Below are positions 59,738 through 64,000 of a stretch of 64,000 bases of DNA, piece by piece. Source of the DNA: Marsupella aquatica (taxonomy: Eukaryota; Plantae; Marchantiophyta); the NCBI GenBank assembly GCA_973895155.1, contig OZ316897.1, positions 1,700,515 through 1,764,514 of the forward strand, written 5' to 3'. Made by a program: the position numbers and the translations under genes. The first letter of the stretch is position 1, and each line of letters starts with the position of its first letter. The notes beneath the pieces were generated by a model that saw nothing but the letters and a program-made list of their open reading frames with translations, was not told the DNA's origin and ran no database searches.

Positions 59738-60344
59738 TAAAGTTACAAAGTTAGACACAATTACGAGCTAGGCATGAATGCATTGTTACCCATCTGGAAG
59801 AAGACGAGGAATACAACGATGAACTGAGGAAGAATTTAGTGGCAAGAGTTTGAGCTCAGGTGATCTTGCACTGAATAATCAACCCCTCATAAATCAATGA
59901 CTAAAACTAGACTGGGGCTGGACTTTGCAAAACAGGTCGAAATGTGTCAGCTACTGTCAAACGATTGCCTCCATGGAGTCCAAGAATTCTTTTATTTTTT
60001 AATTTTCAAAACCGGGACAATACTCGGGAACCCTTCATGGAGTCCAAGAAATTTAAATAGAATGTCAGCTATCGTCAAAAGATTGCCTCCATGGAGTCCA
60101 ATAAATTTAAACAAACACTCCCACAAACAGATGCAAGGGAAAAAGACACTACACAAGAGGGGATAAGAAACTTGAATTGAGTTAAGTCTCTAATTGAGAG
60201 GGAGCCAGGGGCAGAGAGTGTAAGATCATGGCCTGAAAAGAGATGGGTGCAAAAAGGGGAAAACTCAGAGTGGTCATTCCAATAGGCTGTGGGGGAGTCC
60301 CGAGGTACAGTTAATGCTGTTCCAGGGACTCGTCTCCTTGAATC
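59738..60344. repeat. Intact right arm (~600-bp TIR) of the foldback element
   Basis: Reverse complement of 2528-2673 plus 51667-52121; internal TTGGACTCCATGGA sub-repeats. Confidence 0.9.
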
Positions 60345-62664
60345 TTTTTTAGGTGCGACATACACTTGACGGACCCCCTAATAAGCTGGAAAACCTGTTG
60401 TGATGGGCCCCCAATGTTTCATTTGTTACAATTTGGACCCCCTTTCACAATTTTATGTCATATGTTCTTGTCACAGGCCTTACAGGGTATAGAGATCCAT
60501 TGTAGAACTGGAACCCAGCACATTGTATACTATGGACAGTGAACTATGACCGCATCGCCAATATTTGAACCATGCCCTTGAGTGAACTAGGCAGTGGCCT
60601 GCTGGTATTCGTGGGAATTTCCAGTGATCAGATTGATCAGACAGTAAGTTTTTCATGGTATCAATAAATTTACCCTCTCCACCGCGGGAGTTTCACTCAC
60701 GATTTGAATGTGTCCGCGGCAGTTCTGTCTGTGGCAATCCTGTCCATGGCAATCCGCGGATTGGTGATTGTGTGGGCAACAGTATATATACTATAATAGG
60801 CATACCATATAAAAATATGGTTAAAAATAATGAAATATAATCAACCCAAAAAGTGTTAACGTGTCAATCAATGAATGGACTGAAAGAGCTTAACACCACC
60901 AAACGACCTTAACGGAGAAATCACCGACTATCCGAGCATGAGAACTTGTACAGGGCCGACCATCAGGTAGACACACGTGGCCGCACCCCTTGAGGCTGAT
61001 CAAGACTAAGGTCGTAATATTCTAAGGTGACATTCCCCAACTTTGGCGAAAACATAAAAAAAACATTAAAAATAGAAAAGGAGAAAACCTCAAAGTTTAC
61101 CTTGGTCGCAAATCTATCAATTACACTTTGGTAAATTCCGGCGTAAGTTTTCGTTGCCTTTGAGTGCGCTGTACAGTACATTACAGTACATTATCCGAAC
61201 GCAACTTACTCTATGCCTCTGACCGTTAGTCAAACCTTAACCGTGGTTGCGATGAACGGCTCACATATCACGATCTCCGTGACGAGAAAGTCCAGGCCGT
61301 CCATTGTCGCACAGCCAACGGAATCAGGGGTCAGAAGTCTACCAGACAGTACCCACGCTTTGAACGCACTAGCCGTTGTCTTCGCCATCGTCTCTCTCTG
61401 TGCTCAGGTGCTGCGTACTGTGCACATTGTGATTTGTGAGGTTGATTTTCGCAGTGCTCGAGCGAGGGATTGATGGGATTCATGATGATTCATGATCGCA
61501 CGCCAGTCTGTTCCTTCTGCGGAAATTTGTTGGACTCATCAGTCTGCTGCGCTTCTCGCACATGTAGATGACGTTTATTTTATGCTTCCGAGAAGCTGTT
61601 TCGGAGCTCTGGTCGGGAAGATTCACGGTCTGGCGAGCTTTGCCTAGATTGTCGTGGATTGACTTTCTGCTGGCTAGTGTTAGTCTAGCTGTTGTGTCGC
61701 GTTCTGAGCTCTCCCTGCTTCATCCGATTCTTCTTCCATTGTAGGCCCGCTTCTAGAATTTCTTTATCAAGCACTCGCAAGCTTTACGGCGCTGTTTCGG
61801 CTTTGGTCTCATTTGGCAATGAGGGCCATTCTGGGTTGTCACTTTCTGCTGCGCTCTGAGATGTATCTAGCTCTTGATGAGTGACTTGACTTGGAATCCT
61901 TGAGGCTTGATCGTTTCTCAGACGTGTTACGTGCACACTGTTGTCGTAATTGTTGATCATCGCACTCTCACTCTAGACCCTAAGCAGTCGTTCCGTAAGG
62001 AATTGGAGAGGTGTCAGATTGTTGGGACTCTTTGCTTCGGTTCTGGATCTAGCTCTTGCTCCCCAGTTATTGCGCACAATGTTGTGATAATTTGCTTTCG
62101 GTCTCTCAAGCAGCACACCCTACGCAGCTTGTTTCGCCAAGGAATTGGAGAGAGGTCAGGTTGTGGGTTTAGCCTGGATTGTGGTCGGGCGACTTCGGCG
62201 ACGCAATTCGTTTCGATGATATGTGGAAGGAGCTGGCAATGAAACGCCTGAGAGAGCAAGGAAGAGGCATTTCCTACGACGCAGAGCAATTCACAGTTTC
62301 AGATGGCCGCCGACCTTTCTGCGCGGAAGCGAATTGTTGTTAGGGAATGTCTACAATTGTGTTGTTGGAGATCTTCTGATGCACGATTGGAGCCCTGACA
62401 ACCTCATGCGGATTGATGACCAGTGCCGGTGATGTGCGCAATTCATTTAACAAGGGGTACAAAATTATGCAGTTAATTATTCGACAGGGATTGGAGTTTG
62501 GGCTAACTTGTTGGCCTTCAGCTGTGTTTGAGGAGGAGAGTTCAATGCATTCGTCGATGAATCCAGCCTCGGACCTGAGATGTAGGAGGTGAATCCGTTT
62601 GTGTCACTCTGTATCTCCCCTCTCCGTAAAGCTCAGGATCGGATTATCAGCTGTTCAATAGAAT

Positions 62665-63840
62665 ATGAGGACCGAAAGGGATGTAAAAGACCCCTTGACG
62701 AGAACGTCACAGCGACGAAGGACGCTGTCGAATATCACCAACCTTTCTCTCTCCGCCAGTTGGGCCAGCGATGCTCGAGAGGGTCTGAAGGCCAAGACCC
62801 CAAGCAAGACACTGAGTTTCAACGAGTCTCAGCTTCGAGAGGAGAATACGGCATTGAAGAGGTTGCTGTCCGAGAAAGATGCCACCCTTGAATCACAGGC
62901 CGCCCAGCTGGATCAGATGCAGAAGGAGTTCTTCGTCCAATTACGCCGCCAGACGAAAGTGAACGAAGAGCTCATCTCGTACAACTCTCGCCTCTCCAAG
63001 GATGCGGGCCAACTGCGCGACCAGCTGAGACTTCTCCAGCATGAGTACTGTCAAATGACGGTGGCGTACAGGGTCAACCTGAGTGAGCTACAGGTCAAGC
63101 TTACGGAGGCGCAGGCTCTAAACGCGAGGGTCCTCGAACAGACAAACAAGTCTTCCACGGACCAATCGATCCCCAGCAACATATCAAGGAAACTAAGGAG
63201 TAGAAGTGCACAAAGGCGGCATTCAATTGGAAACATCGTAATGGACGAGGGCTGGAATGATTCGACCAACGTGGACAGTAGAAGCCAAAAGGATGGCGTG
63301 AGGAGGTCAGACTTAAGCAGACGGCGTCCGGCAGTCTCGAAAGAAAGTGGTGGATCTAGGCAGACTCAACAAAAGGCCGATGACCAACTTCCTGCTGCAC
63401 CACCTGCTAGGACGCCAAATTTATATTGTGATTTGATAGGACTCGATCCCATGCCCGAGGGAAGCTGTGAGGATGATAGTGATTCGCCACGAGCATCAAC
63501 TAGTGAAGAGGCGAGCTCTAACGCCAGTGACGATTTTTGCAAGAGTGGAAAACCAGGGAGTACTTTAACGAGCGATTCCACCAGCAGGAGAGCAACATCT
63601 GGCTGCATTGATTCTACCCCTGCATCGGGGAAACGAGCTGCTCCAGCGGGGAAGAACACGAGGACATCCTCTGGTTGCTGTTCTGTCGCGAACTCTGTCT
63701 CGACACCCCATTTTTCCAGAAGGGTGGCGATTAATAGCAGCTTGAGCACTGAGAATGGAAGACCATTAAGGAGGGCTGTTGTGAAAGTTGGCACCTACGC
63801 TGAGCCTGCCCTGAATACAAAAATGCGAAGACCATCTTAG
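62665..63840 (+). CDS. SGO1: Shugoshin
   Basis: N-terminal RRRTLSNITN plus coiled coil; C-terminal SGO motif RPLRRAVVKVGTYAEPALNTKMRR; intact 391-aa ORF. The paralog number is nominal. Confidence 0.88.
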   Translation: MRTERDVKDPLTRTSQRRRTLSNITNLSLSASWASDAREGLKAKTPSKTLSFNESQLREENTALKRLLSEKDATLESQAAQLDQMQKEFFVQLRRQTKVNEELISYNSRLSKDAGQLRDQLRLLQHEYCQMTVAYRVNLSELQVKLTEAQALNARVLEQTNKSSTDQSIPSNISRKLRSRSAQRRHSIGNIVMDEGWNDSTNVDSRSQKDGVRRSDLSRRRPAVSKESGGSRQTQQKADDQLPAAPPARTPNLYCDLIGLDPMPEGSCEDDSDSPRASTSEEASSNASDDFCKSGKPGSTLTSDSTSRRATSGCIDSTPASGKRAAPAGKNTRTSSGCCSVANSVSTPHFSRRVAINSSLSTENGRPLRRAVVKVGTYAEPALNTKMRRPS

Positions 63841-64000
63841 AACTAGCTTGGTACTAGCATCATACGATGACCATGCAGTTTTCAATCTTGTGCCCATCTA
63901 CTAGACAGGTTTCTCACTGTCTATCCTATCATTGTAATTTTTTGGGGAGATCATGGGCATGCTGATTTGAGCTGGTGGAGGTATACTCTCCAAGGACCCA

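Larger units (their letters stand above)
2528..60344. mobile_element. Non-autonomous foldback/long-TIR DNA element (about 1.9 kb without its inserts); outermost layer of the nest
   Basis: 2528-2673 plus 51667-52121 is the reverse complement of 59738-60344; both ends abut T6 runs; AT-rich spacer at 52122-52428 and 59409-59737; no clear TSD and no ORF. Confidence 0.75.

Noticed and set aside
63051-63794. Antisense ORFs over shugoshin, and similar shadow ORFs over TE genes
   Set aside because: Expected opposite-strand shadows of real coding frames, with no independent motifs.

Overview
Eukaryotic (plant, probably non-seed/bryophyte-like; the taxon is an inference) repeat-rich DNA. About 58 kb (2528-60344) is one nest of transposons that can be taken apart using target-site duplications (TSDs). 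The outermost element is a ~1.9-kb foldback with ~600-bp inverted arms. It contains a ~10.4-kb PIF/Harbinger-type element (24-bp TIRs, ATT TSD, extra cargo genes), which contains a Ty3/gypsy chromovirus with non-canonical AGT...ACT LTR ends. The chromovirus contains a LINE and two copies of a 4.6-4.8-kb TG...CA unit almost filled by one ~1200-aa ORF. One of those copies contains a ~16.5-kb CACTA element. A third ORF-bearing unit, itself carrying a 2.4-kb solo LTR, sits in the foldback spacer. An ~11-kb inversion (about 32602-43600) came last and split the LINE, the CACTA, the chromovirus and one TG...CA unit. The flanks hold a decayed MULE/SWIM-type sequence with a deleted Copia (left) and an intact shugoshin gene (right). 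Best candidates for new biology: (1) a CACTA-borne cassette of stand-alone reader domains (EDM2-like PHD cluster, tandem BRCT, Cys/His finger); (2) the ORF-filled solo-LTR-like units; (3) the AGT...ACT chromovirus; (4) the cargo-rich Harbinger with internal CGTAA motif arrays. No rRNA, tRNA or CRISPR was seen. All protein family calls are by eye from motifs, not from database searches.
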